Notes under the pieces: generated by a model
What the model was told of the DNA's origin: nothing
Databases searched by the model: none
The model's input: the letters and a program-made list of their open reading frames with translations, nothing else
Assembly: GCA_022821905.1 (NCBI GenBank)
Contig: JAJECS010000025.1
Location: 41,468 to 105,467, forward strand
Source: Chloroflexota bacterium
Lineage (GTDB): Bacteria; Chloroflexota; UBA11872
DNA length: 64,000 bases
Reading direction: 5' to 3'
Translations under genes and position numbers: made by a program
Shown: positions 56,920 through 64,000 of the stretch, piece after piece
Numbering within the stretch: the first letter of the stretch is position 1
How the letters are laid out: each line of letters starts with the position of its first letter

Positions 56920-58023
56920 CTATGCGTCGCCCAACCGATCGGGGCTGAACGGCTCGATCGGATAGTCAGGGTCCTGGCCCGTCAGCAGCCGAGCCACAAT
57001 TTGGCCCGTCAGCCAGCTCATGGTGACGCCGTGGGTGTGATGACCAGTCGCGAGCATCACCCCGCTGCGAGAGTCGCGCCCGATCAAGGGCAGCCCGTCC
57101 TCCGAGTCTGGACGAAATCCCGTCAGGATTCCCGTGAGCGTTCCGTCCGCCAACCCGGGGATCCCCGCCGCGGCGGCGCGGAGCAACGACTCGATGGCGC
57201 CGGCCCGCACCCGCCGGTCGAAGCCCACGCGCTCCTTGGTGGCACCGAAGATGAGGCGCCCATCGGATCGTTGGCTCAGCGTGCCGGCGGGCCTGTGGAT
57301 GACGTGGCGCGTGCGGAGATTGGGCGCTTCGAAGGTGACGATGTGGCCTTTGGACGGGACGACCGGAACCCAGGGGAGCAACTCGCGCGCCCACGGACCC
57401 GTGGCCAGCACGACATGGTCCGCGCTCAGGGCGCCGCGCACCGTCTGCACCGCCGCGTCGGCGCCGCCCGAAATTGCGACGACCTCCGCGCCCAGGTGCA
57501 CGTCCACCCCGGCGGCCAGCACGGCGCGATGCACGATCGGCGCCCAACGGTGCGTATCGACCTGCCCGTCCGGGTAGATGGCGGCGCCGGTGACATCAGG
57601 CGCAAGCACAGGCTCGCGACGGCGAGCTTCGTCCGGCTCGAGGAACTCGACGTCGAAGCCAGCTTCCCGCTGCGCGGCGACGCGCGCCAAGAGTCGTTCG
57701 CGCTCGTCGTCCGTGAGGGCAACGCCCATCGTGGGACCCGGGAGATAGCCGACCGGAGCGCCGCCGAGCGATTCCAAGAGCTCCGCGAATTCGGGGAATC
57801 CGTCGCGTCCCGCCAAACGCAGCCGGACCAGCGGTGAGCCATCGTCGGCGTCGTATTGCCCGCAGATCAGCCCCGCGGCCACGGACGACGCCTCGCCGCA
57901 GATGCGTCCTCGCTCCAGGACGGCCACCGTGAGCCCGGCCTGGCGCGCGGCCAACGCCACGGCGCAGCCCACGATCCCGCCGCCCACGATGGCGACATCC
58001 ACGTTCCGCAACTCGTTGCTCAT
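56920..58023 (-). CDS. FAD-dependent oxidoreductase (glycine oxidase / D-amino-acid oxidase family)
   Basis: VDVAIVGGGIVGCAVALAARQAGLTVAVLERG; DAO-type length and C-terminal GHHTHG. Confidence 0.8.
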   Translation of the reverse strand: MSNELRNVDVAIVGGGIVGCAVALAARQAGLTVAVLERGRICGEASSVAAGLICGQYDADDGSPLVRLRLAGRDGFPEFAELLESLGGAPVGYLPGPTMGVALTDDERERLLARVAAQREAGFDVEFLEPDEARRREPVLAPDVTGAAIYPDGQVDTHRWAPIVHRAVLAAGVDVHLGAEVVAISGGADAAVQTVRGALSADHVVLATGPWARELLPWVPVVPSKGHIVTFEAPNLRTRHVIHRPAGTLSQRSDGRLIFGATKERVGFDRRVRAGAIESLLRAAAAGIPGLADGTLTGILTGFRPDSEDGLPLIGRDSRSGVMLATGHHTHGVTMSWLTGQIVARLLTGQDPDYPIEPFSPDRLGDA

Positions 58024-58091
58024 TCCCTGCGAAGACCTCGTCGCGTCAATCGACCCGGACTCAACGATTCGATCGCCTGCACAGAAGGTAG

Positions 58092-58112
58092 GGCCTTTGC
58101 CTCACAAAGGCC
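58092..58112 (-). terminator. Hairpin ggcctttg-cctca-caaaggcc downstream of gene 58130..59305
   Basis: 8-bp perfect stem in a 106-bp intergenic gap. Weak T-run on the minus strand. Confidence 0.4.
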
Positions 58113-58129
58113 AACCGCTGGCGCCTCGA

Positions 58130-59305
58130 TCAAAGACCGTGAAGCGCGGCAAAGGTGAACCCAAACAGGCTCAACATGCCGGGCGCGAATGTGCCCAGGA
58201 GGAAGTCGGGCGAAAGCTGTACCTCATCCAGGAGCGCGTGCTCCAGCACGTCGGTTTGCGTGAGCTCCGCCTGCCGTGGGCCCAGCCGACGCAGCAGGCG
58301 CTCGGATTCACTGCTCGGAATGTAGGTGTCGCCCAGGTCGTGGAGCATGCGGACGTTCGTTTGGATCCCCTCGGCCACACCAACCGGCGACAGCGCGTCG
58401 AGGCTCAGCGGCAGGTGGGCCTCCATGCGCCGGATCCGATAGGAGGCCTGCCTCGGATCGCGATTGGTGAATAGATCGAAGACGGTCCGACCGGCCGCCG
58501 TGAAGTCATCGAGGTCCGTGCGCGCCAGGGCGTCGGGGTCCGGTTCAGGTGAACGGCCGGGGAAGAGGTCGTAGAGCATCCGCTGATCGTTGCGATCCGG
58601 CAAATGGCTCACCAACGTATTTCGCGCGACGCCCCACACGTAGCGGTGCGGGCTGAACGGTCGCAGGCTGCCGTCCTCGAGGATGGTTCCGGTCGTGGCG
58701 GCCTGGAGCAGCGTCGCCAGGCTGTAGTACGAGCCGATGGTGGCGACGAATGCAACGTCGGCGGCGATGCGCGGATCGGCCGCGGCAACGAGCGACAGCG
58801 ATCCGCCGGTGGACACGCCCACGAAGGCGATGCGCTGGGGATCGACCGCCGGTTGACGCGCCAGAAACTCGAATCCCGCCACGAGGGCGTCCGGGTCGCG
58901 ATCGACCAGGCGGTAGGCCGCGTTGCCAAGTTGCTCGGGCGCGAGCACGACGAATCCGGCGCGCGCCAGCGACTCCGCAAACGCCACCAGGATCGGATGC
59001 CGCCGTCCGGTGACCTCGACGCCATTGACCAGGATCAGCGCCGGGCCGGAGCCGTCAGCCGACGGCACGTAGAGATCGGCGGGAATCTCATCGCCCGCGC
59101 TGCTGACGTAGCTGACGCCGCGCGCGTCGGGCTCGGCGGTCTCCGCTTGGTCCTCGCTGGGAATCAGCGATGCCAGCGCGTCGCCCACGTCCACCGCCAG
59201 CCGCAGCTCATGGCGCAACCCAACCACCAGACCGATCAGCGCAAGCGCGATGCCAAGCGCCACGAACCCGCCGACGGGAATCACCGTCCGTGCCGCCGCC
59301 GGCAC
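58130..59305 (-). CDS. Membrane-anchored alpha/beta hydrolase
   Basis: N-terminal TM segment VIPVGGFVALGIALALIGLVVGL. Nucleophile elbow FVGVSTGGS. Confidence 0.6.
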   Translation of the reverse strand: MPAAARTVIPVGGFVALGIALALIGLVVGLRHELRLAVDVGDALASLIPSEDQAETAEPDARGVSYVSSAGDEIPADLYVPSADGSGPALILVNGVEVTGRRHPILVAFAESLARAGFVVLAPEQLGNAAYRLVDRDPDALVAGFEFLARQPAVDPQRIAFVGVSTGGSLSLVAAADPRIAADVAFVATIGSYYSLATLLQAATTGTILEDGSLRPFSPHRYVWGVARNTLVSHLPDRNDQRMLYDLFPGRSPEPDPDALARTDLDDFTAAGRTVFDLFTNRDPRQASYRIRRMEAHLPLSLDALSPVGVAEGIQTNVRMLHDLGDTYIPSSESERLLRRLGPRQAELTQTDVLEHALLDEVQLSPDFLLGTFAPGMLSLFGFTFAALHGL

Positions 59306-59310
59306 CGGGC

Positions 59311-60006
59311 TCAGTCGGACGGCTCCGACTCGTCCGCGACGAGCGGCAGGTTCGTGTCGCGAATCGATTGCAGCTCTCGGCGGTCGAGGGTCTGGCGAAT
59401 GACCGTCAGCATCTCTTCAACCCCGCCGGGCTCGACGTAGCTCGAGGCGTAGCGCACCGACGCCACCTCGTCGAGTGGTTGGAGCCGCTCGAGAACCATC
59501 TCGGCCAGCAGAGCCGAGCGCACCTCGGTCTGACCCGTATCCCGCAACTCGGTCTCAATGCCGTCGGCCAGCATCAGCAGTTCCTCGGTCTCCACGGGCC
59601 GCTTGGAGCACGCCGCGCGCACCGCGCCAAAGAGCTTGCCGCCGCTGAACGGCTCGTGCCGCCCGTCGGCCTTGATCACGAAGATGTCGGGGCGAACCAA
59701 GCCTTCAATCGTGCCGAAGATCAGGCCGCAGCGACCGCAGCGGCGTGTGCGCGCCACGCCGCGCGCGCCGACGTCGGTGTCCTCGACGCGCGTTTCGGTG
59801 GCGGAGCAGCGGGGGCAACCGAAGACCTCGCACCGCTCGTAGGTCGTGAACCGATGGCCTTCGCTGCACTCACGACGCCGGCGCACGGCATCCGGCGCTT
59901 CGCGCGAGTCGACCACCTGCAGGCGGTCCGTTCCGCATTCCGGGCAGCGCAGCGTCAGTCTCCCAGCGCCCCAACGGCGCCCGAACCTAGCAGAGTTGCC
60001 GATCAC
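59311..60006 (-). CDS. nrdR: NrdR-like transcriptional repressor with duplicated zinc-ribbon and ATP-cone
   Basis: Ribbon 1 is CPECG...VVDSRE...RRRRECSEGHRFTTYE. Ribbon 2 is CPRC...RVEDT...RTRRCGRCGLIFGTIE. The ATP-cone is FVIKADGRHEPFSGGKL...VRYASSY. GTG at 60006 follows GGAGAG; the track start is ATG at 60051. Confidence 0.7.
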   Translation of the reverse strand: MIGNSARFGRRWGAGRLTLRCPECGTDRLQVVDSREAPDAVRRRRECSEGHRFTTYERCEVFGCPRCSATETRVEDTDVGARGVARTRRCGRCGLIFGTIEGLVRPDIFVIKADGRHEPFSGGKLFGAVRAACSKRPVETEELLMLADGIETELRDTGQTEVRSALLAEMVLERLQPLDEVASVRYASSYVEPGGVEEMLTVIRQTLDRRELQSIRDTNLPLVADESEPSD

Positions 60007-60060
60007 GCGGCTCTCCGGCGGCCTAGAATGCGCGGGGTGACGATCCGACATTCGCCGTAG

Positions 60061-60081
60061 GGGCAGCCCTTGTGGCTGCCC
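60061..60081. repeat. REP-like hairpin gggcagcc-cttgt-ggctgccc (same family as 36551..36571, 37463..37483, 40137..40157)
   Basis: Read directly, intergenic. Confidence 0.7.
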
Positions 60082-60171
60082 GGATCACCGGCGGAACGGG
60101 CGTCCAAAAAGCGACGTCCCTGCGGATGTCCGTAGAGGTCCGGCCAAGGGATCGGGGAGCAAGAGCCAGTC

Positions 60172-60879
60172 ATGTACGCGGTGCTGATTGCCGGCGGCAA
60201 GGGCGAGCGGCTGCGGCCGCTCACGGCGGATCGCCCAAAGCCCATGGTGGAGGTCGCGGGACGCCCCATCATGGCGCGCCAGATCGACTGGTTGATCGGC
60301 CAAGGGGTCGATCGGTTTGTCGTTTCCTGCGGCGTCATGCACGAGATCATCCAGGACTACTTCGGCGACGGAGGTTCCCTGGGGGTCGAGATCACCTACG
60401 AGGTGGAAGACACACCCATGGGACGCGGCGGCGGCTTGCGGCTCGGCTGTGCCCGAATACCCGCGACCGAGGATCTGTTTATCGCCACGAACGCCGACAT
60501 CCTCTCGGCGCAGTCGCTGGCGCCGATGATTGCGCAGCACCGTGAGGACGGAAACACGGCCACCATTCTGCTCACGCCATACGTGAGTCAGTTCGGCATC
60601 GTGGAAATCGAGGGCCGGCGCGTACGGAATTTCGCCACCAACCCGGTGCTGCCGCACTGGATCAACGGCGGCGTCTATGTGATGAGCCGCGGGATCGAGC
60701 GACACTTGCCGGTCGTCGGCGACCACGAGGACTCGACGTTTCCGGAGCTTGCCGCCCAAGGGAAGCTCGGCGCGTTCACCTCCCGCGCCTGGTGGCGCTC
60801 CATGGAGAGCGTCAAGGACCACGCGCGTCTCGAGCAGGAGGTTGGCGAGCAGCCGTCGGGGTCCACCGGCACGGACTAG
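60172..60879 (+). CDS. Sugar-phosphate nucleotidyltransferase (mannose-1-P guanylyl / glucose-1-P thymidylyl transferase family)
   Basis: MYAVLIAGGKGERLRPLTADRPKPMVEVAGRPI... Confidence 0.85.
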   Translation: MYAVLIAGGKGERLRPLTADRPKPMVEVAGRPIMARQIDWLIGQGVDRFVVSCGVMHEIIQDYFGDGGSLGVEITYEVEDTPMGRGGGLRLGCARIPATEDLFIATNADILSAQSLAPMIAQHREDGNTATILLTPYVSQFGIVEIEGRRVRNFATNPVLPHWINGGVYVMSRGIERHLPVVGDHEDSTFPELAAQGKLGAFTSRAWWRSMESVKDHARLEQEVGEQPSGSTGTD

Positions 60880-61549
60880 GCAGACGCTGACGCTTCCGGA
60901 TCTCTCCTGGCCGTCGGACGCCGCCGGCGCCCGCGCGTTGCAGGCGCAGCTGGCAACCCGCGTCGTGGCGGCGGGATCGGCGAAGCACGCCAGCCTCGTG
61001 GCCGGCGTGGACGTGCACGTGCGCCACGAGACGGCCATTGCGGTGGCGGCGCTGGTCCATGTTCCGACCCTCGAGTTGCGCGAAACCGCCACGGCGGAGG
61101 AACCGGTGCGTTTTCCCTACCTCACCGGCCTGCTGGCGTTTCGCGAGTTGCCGGCGGCGCTGGCCGCCCTGGAGCGTCTGCGCACGACCCCGCACGCGGT
61201 GCTGGTGGACGGACACGGGCTGGCGCACCCGCGGCGCTTCGGCCTGGCCTGTCACCTGGGCCTGTCGCTCGATCTGCCCACCGCCGGCTGCGCCAAGACA
61301 CGTCTCGTGGGCGACTACCCGATGCCCGACGGATCGCGCGGATCGCATGCCGCGCTGACGCTGCGAGGCGCGGTCGTGGGCACGGTGCTGCGCACGCGCG
61401 CCGACGTGTCGCCGGTGTTCGTGTCGGTGGGCCACCGGCTCTCGCTGCCGGCGGCGACGGCCCTGGTGCTGCGCTGCACGGGACGCTTTCGCCAGCCCGA
61501 GCCGCTGCGACAGGCGCACCTGGCCGCACGCGCCCTCTCTCGCGCATGA
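60842..61549 (+). CDS. nfi: Endonuclease V
   Basis: VAGVDV..., FPYLTGLLAFRELP, LVDGHGLAHPRRFGLACHLG, TAGCAKT and VFVSVGH motifs. Start is uncertain: TTG at 60842 is chosen, while the track ATG at 60749 would overlap the upstream gene by 131 nt. Confidence 0.8.
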   Translation: MASSRRGPPARTRQTLTLPDLSWPSDAAGARALQAQLATRVVAAGSAKHASLVAGVDVHVRHETAIAVAALVHVPTLELRETATAEEPVRFPYLTGLLAFRELPAALAALERLRTTPHAVLVDGHGLAHPRRFGLACHLGLSLDLPTAGCAKTRLVGDYPMPDGSRGSHAALTLRGAVVGTVLRTRADVSPVFVSVGHRLSLPAATALVLRCTGRFRQPEPLRQAHLAARALSRA

Positions 61550-62343
61550 CCACCGAGCCGCCGTTCGCCGAAACCGGCTATGACCAGGCTGCGCGCGTCT
61601 ATGACCTCGAATACCCCGACTGCACCGGCGATGAGCTGGAGTTTCTGACGGTCAGCGCCGGACCGGCGCCCGCGCGCATCCTCGAGCTGGCCACGGGTAC
61701 GGGACGGGTGGCGCTGGCGCTGGCGCGACTGGGTCATCACGTCACCGGACTCGACATCTCGGAGGGCATGCTGGCCCGGGCTCGCGCCAATCGGGCGATG
61801 CTGGACCCTGAGACCGCCGTCCGCGTGACCTTCACGCACGGCGACATGACGCGGTTTCACCTCGGCACGCGGTTCGACGTGGTCGTCGCCGCGTTCAACG
61901 CCCTCCTGCTATTGCCCGACGCCGGGGCGCGAGCGTCGTGTCTGGCCGCATCGTTTGAGCACCTGCGGCCTGGTGGGCGCCTGGTGGTGGACGTGTTCGC
62001 GGCGAATCCCATCGACCGTACGCCGGACCACGAGACGGTGCAGTTTCTCGAGCGCGACCCGGCGTCGAATCGGCTCATTACGCGCGAGCGGTTCTACACG
62101 TACGACCCGGAGACGGATCGGGGCCAGAGCCTGCTCATCTACCGTCTCCAGGCGAACGCCGGCGAACCGCCCGAGGAGCTGCGGCTGGGATACAGCCTGG
62201 CCCTGATGAGCCGCGACCAATTGGTCGATGAGGTGCGCGCCGCGGGATTCGCAGACCTGGAGACCCATGGCGACTACCGGCGCGGGTCGTGGTCCCCGGA
62301 ATCTCCGAACCTGATCCTATGCGCGCGACGGCGCGCTCGTTGA
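61546..62343 (+). CDS. Class I SAM-dependent methyltransferase
   Basis: ILELATGTGRVALALARLGHHVTGLDISEGML. ATGA overlap with nfi. Confidence 0.85.
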   Translation: MTTEPPFAETGYDQAARVYDLEYPDCTGDELEFLTVSAGPAPARILELATGTGRVALALARLGHHVTGLDISEGMLARARANRAMLDPETAVRVTFTHGDMTRFHLGTRFDVVVAAFNALLLLPDAGARASCLAASFEHLRPGGRLVVDVFAANPIDRTPDHETVQFLERDPASNRLITRERFYTYDPETDRGQSLLIYRLQANAGEPPEELRLGYSLALMSRDQLVDEVRAAGFADLETHGDYRRGSWSPESPNLILCARRRAR

Positions 62344-62408
62344 CAGACGCGCGCGCGGGTCACCAGAATTGCCCCTGGCCGCACGGGTCCCCGCGAGCAC
62401 CACCGCCC

Positions 62409-62711
62409 ATGTCTGACTCTGCCCGCCACCACATTCGTGTCTCCGAGTTGCGACTGCGCGTGCCGCGGCGCGAGAGCGACGGGTACTTCGAGTTCCCCAA
62501 GCACATGCTGCATTGGTCGCACGAGCTGCGCGACCCGTCCACCGGCGAGCTGTTCGATCGCGCCTACGTGCTGGCCGAGCTGGAAAAGCAGGGCTGGGAT
62601 CCGCACGAGCTGACGAAGGGCGAAGGCACCTTCCGGCAGCGAGTGCAGCGCCTGCCATTGCCCGAGGGCGGCCAGTTCGCGCCGGGCGGCCCCCTGCACC
62701 GGGAGGCGTAG
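62409..62711 (+). CDS. Hypothetical 100-aa protein
   Basis: ATG at 62409 (MSDSARHHIRVSELRLRVPRRESDGYFEFPKHML...) lies inside track ORF 62289..62711. No family recognised. Confidence 0.45.
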   Translation: MSDSARHHIRVSELRLRVPRRESDGYFEFPKHMLHWSHELRDPSTGELFDRAYVLAELEKQGWDPHELTKGEGTFRQRVQRLPLPEGGQFAPGGPLHREA

Positions 62712-62747
62712 GCCGGCGGCGGATTCGAGATCGCCGACCGTCCGACT

Positions 62748-64000
62748 TTAGGGCCTGAAGTCCTTGAACACCGAGGTTGCGCCGTCAGGCGCGACGGCGA
62801 TGAACGCCCAATGGCGCTCATTCGCGGGAGGGCTCACCGCACCGATGCGCGTCTGGAAGAGGCCGTAGGGATGCCCATCCACCTCGTGCAGGGGCACCGC
62901 TTGCCCGCTGCCTCGGTGGACTGCCCATACCCGGAGTTCTTCGCCGGCCGACGCCACGCCCACCGTCCAGACGCCTGCGGGGACCTCCGGGCCTGTGTGG
63001 GGCACGACGTGGGCGTTGGCAAGCAGTGGGCGTCCGTCCTCTGACGCGTTGGCGGTCAATTCGAAGACGACATCCGTCTGGCTCAGGGACGTAGCCGTTC
63101 GCGTCGTCGGCTGGCCAACCGCGAGGAAGTCTGGATGAATGGCGACGAGCTGTGGCGTGACGTCAAACGGCCCGGCGTCTCCTCGGGCCGCCGACAGGTG
63201 AAAGCGCCCATTCGCATCGGTGAACGTCACCTGCCCATGGGCGCCGAAGTCCGCCAGGACCATCGCGTCCGCGATCGGCACTCCGTCCTCGTCGATCACC
63301 TCACCGGCAAACGCATGGGTGGCATCGGCAAGTCCAGCGAGAAACGGGGCAACCGGCCCGGCGCTTTGCTCAGCGGCTGCGTGGGATGCAGCAAAGGTCA
63401 CGCGACCGACGCCGCGAATGGCGGGCGCGGGTCCACCGTCGCCGTCTGCTCCGTGACACGCGGCGCAACCGGGCTCCCGGGCCGTCCCCGCATAGGCCGC
63501 TGCTCCGGCGGCCACCGGCGGCAGGGTAGCGAGCGTGGAGTCGGCGGGCCTGACGACGGCGACGGCATGCGGCTCGAGCGTGAGCGAGTCGCCGTCAAAC
63601 CATGCCGTGCGCCACTGCGCCACCTCGTCGACGTGTATCGACGGTCCGGCGGAAAGACCGGAAACCCGGACCTGGCGCTGCTGGTCGGACAGATTCACCA
63701 GGATGAGCGCGGCGTCCTCACCGCGTACCAGCGCCATGGCATCGAGATCAGCCGGCCGCACCTCGATCTGCGCCAGCGAGGCGCCGTCCACCATCACGCG
63801 TCGCAGGAGTTGCAGCGCACGGTAGGCCGGCGTCGTCGGAACCTCCGGGTCAATCTCCCAGAGCCCGAAGTCTGGCTCGCCGCGCGGCGTGAGGCCGCCG
63901 GGTCCGCGCGTTCCCTTGTAGACCATGATCCCGCTCGCGCCCTGCCGCACGGCCCGCAGGGTCGCCGAGGCGAGGAAGGCGGCGTTGACCTGGCTGTCGA
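62748..64000 (-). CDS. Partial multidomain protein: GH-like C-terminal beta-sandwich + class I cytochrome c motif + carboxypeptidase-regulatory-like domain; N-terminus beyond right edge
   Basis: The frame stays open upstream of the track start (63950) to the window edge (...DSQVNAAFLASATLRAV-RQGASG...). CAACH is at 63467..63453. Further downstream are ...GEVIDEDGVPIADAMVL...TDANGRFHL. Confidence 0.6.
   Translation of the reverse strand, partial: DSQVNAAFLASATLRAVRQGASGIMVYKGTRGPGGLTPRGEPDFGLWEIDPEVPTTPAYRALQLLRRVMVDGASLAQIEVRPADLDAMALVRGEDAALILVNLSDQQRQVRVSGLSAGPSIHVDEVAQWRTAWFDGDSLTLEPHAVAVVRPADSTLATLPPVAAGAAAYAGTAREPGCAACHGADGDGGPAPAIRGVGRVTFAASHAAAEQSAGPVAPFLAGLADATHAFAGEVIDEDGVPIADAMVLADFGAHGQVTFTDANGRFHLSAARGDAGPFDVTPQLVAIHPDFLAVGQPTTRTATSLSQTDVVFELTANASEDGRPLLANAHVVPHTGPEVPAGVWTVGVASAGEELRVWAVHRGSGQAVPLHEVDGHPYGLFQTRIGAVSPPANERHWAFIAVAPDGATSVFKDFRP

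Overview
High-GC (roughly 65%) bacterial chromosomal segment, densely coding on both strands. I count about 60 protein genes and 2 tRNAs (Lys-UUU, Arg-GCG). I saw no rRNA, CRISPR array, integrase or transposase. Gene content falls into four groups. (a) Glycan and acid-sugar catabolism: GH32, GH116, GH42, two BNR sialidase-like paralogs, two tandem GH-like paralogs, an enolase-superfamily dehydratase, an amidohydrolase-2, an HpcH aldolase, FAH and an aldo/keto reductase (AKR). (b) Housekeeping: purE, Thermus-type icd, rfbB, polX, nfi, nrdR. (c) Channels: Kv-type K+ channel and MscS. (d) Three type II toxin-antitoxin (TA) pairs: higBA, hicAB, phd/vapC. The main hunt results are as follows. (1) A peroxiredoxin-like lipoprotein gene is split by the ORF track at an in-frame TGA that sits exactly on the first Cys of its CxxC motif, with a SECIS-like hairpin downstream, making it a candidate selenoprotein. 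(2) Several one- or two-gene cassettes are bracketed by direct repeats: a tandem GNAT between a tRNA-Lys and a 28-bp copy of its 3' end, a DUF4143 ATPase between 132-bp copies of a sialidase 3' end, and phd/vapC between 122-bp structured repeats. (3) A 77-nt palindromic repeat core occurs in 3 copies, plus several REP-like (repetitive extragenic palindrome) hairpin families. (4) A decayed tandem duplication is interrupted by a low-GC orphan gene. (5) A translationally coupled orphan + DUF1828/1829 pair lies between inverted sialidase paralogs. (6) The NrdR carries a duplicated zinc ribbon, and a secreted protein carries a Met/Asp-rich 18-bp tandem repeat. The many long antisense ORFs are GC artefacts. 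Taxonomy cannot be established here. Gene content and hairpin-repeat types remind me of marine or sponge-associated Chloroflexota, which is inference only.
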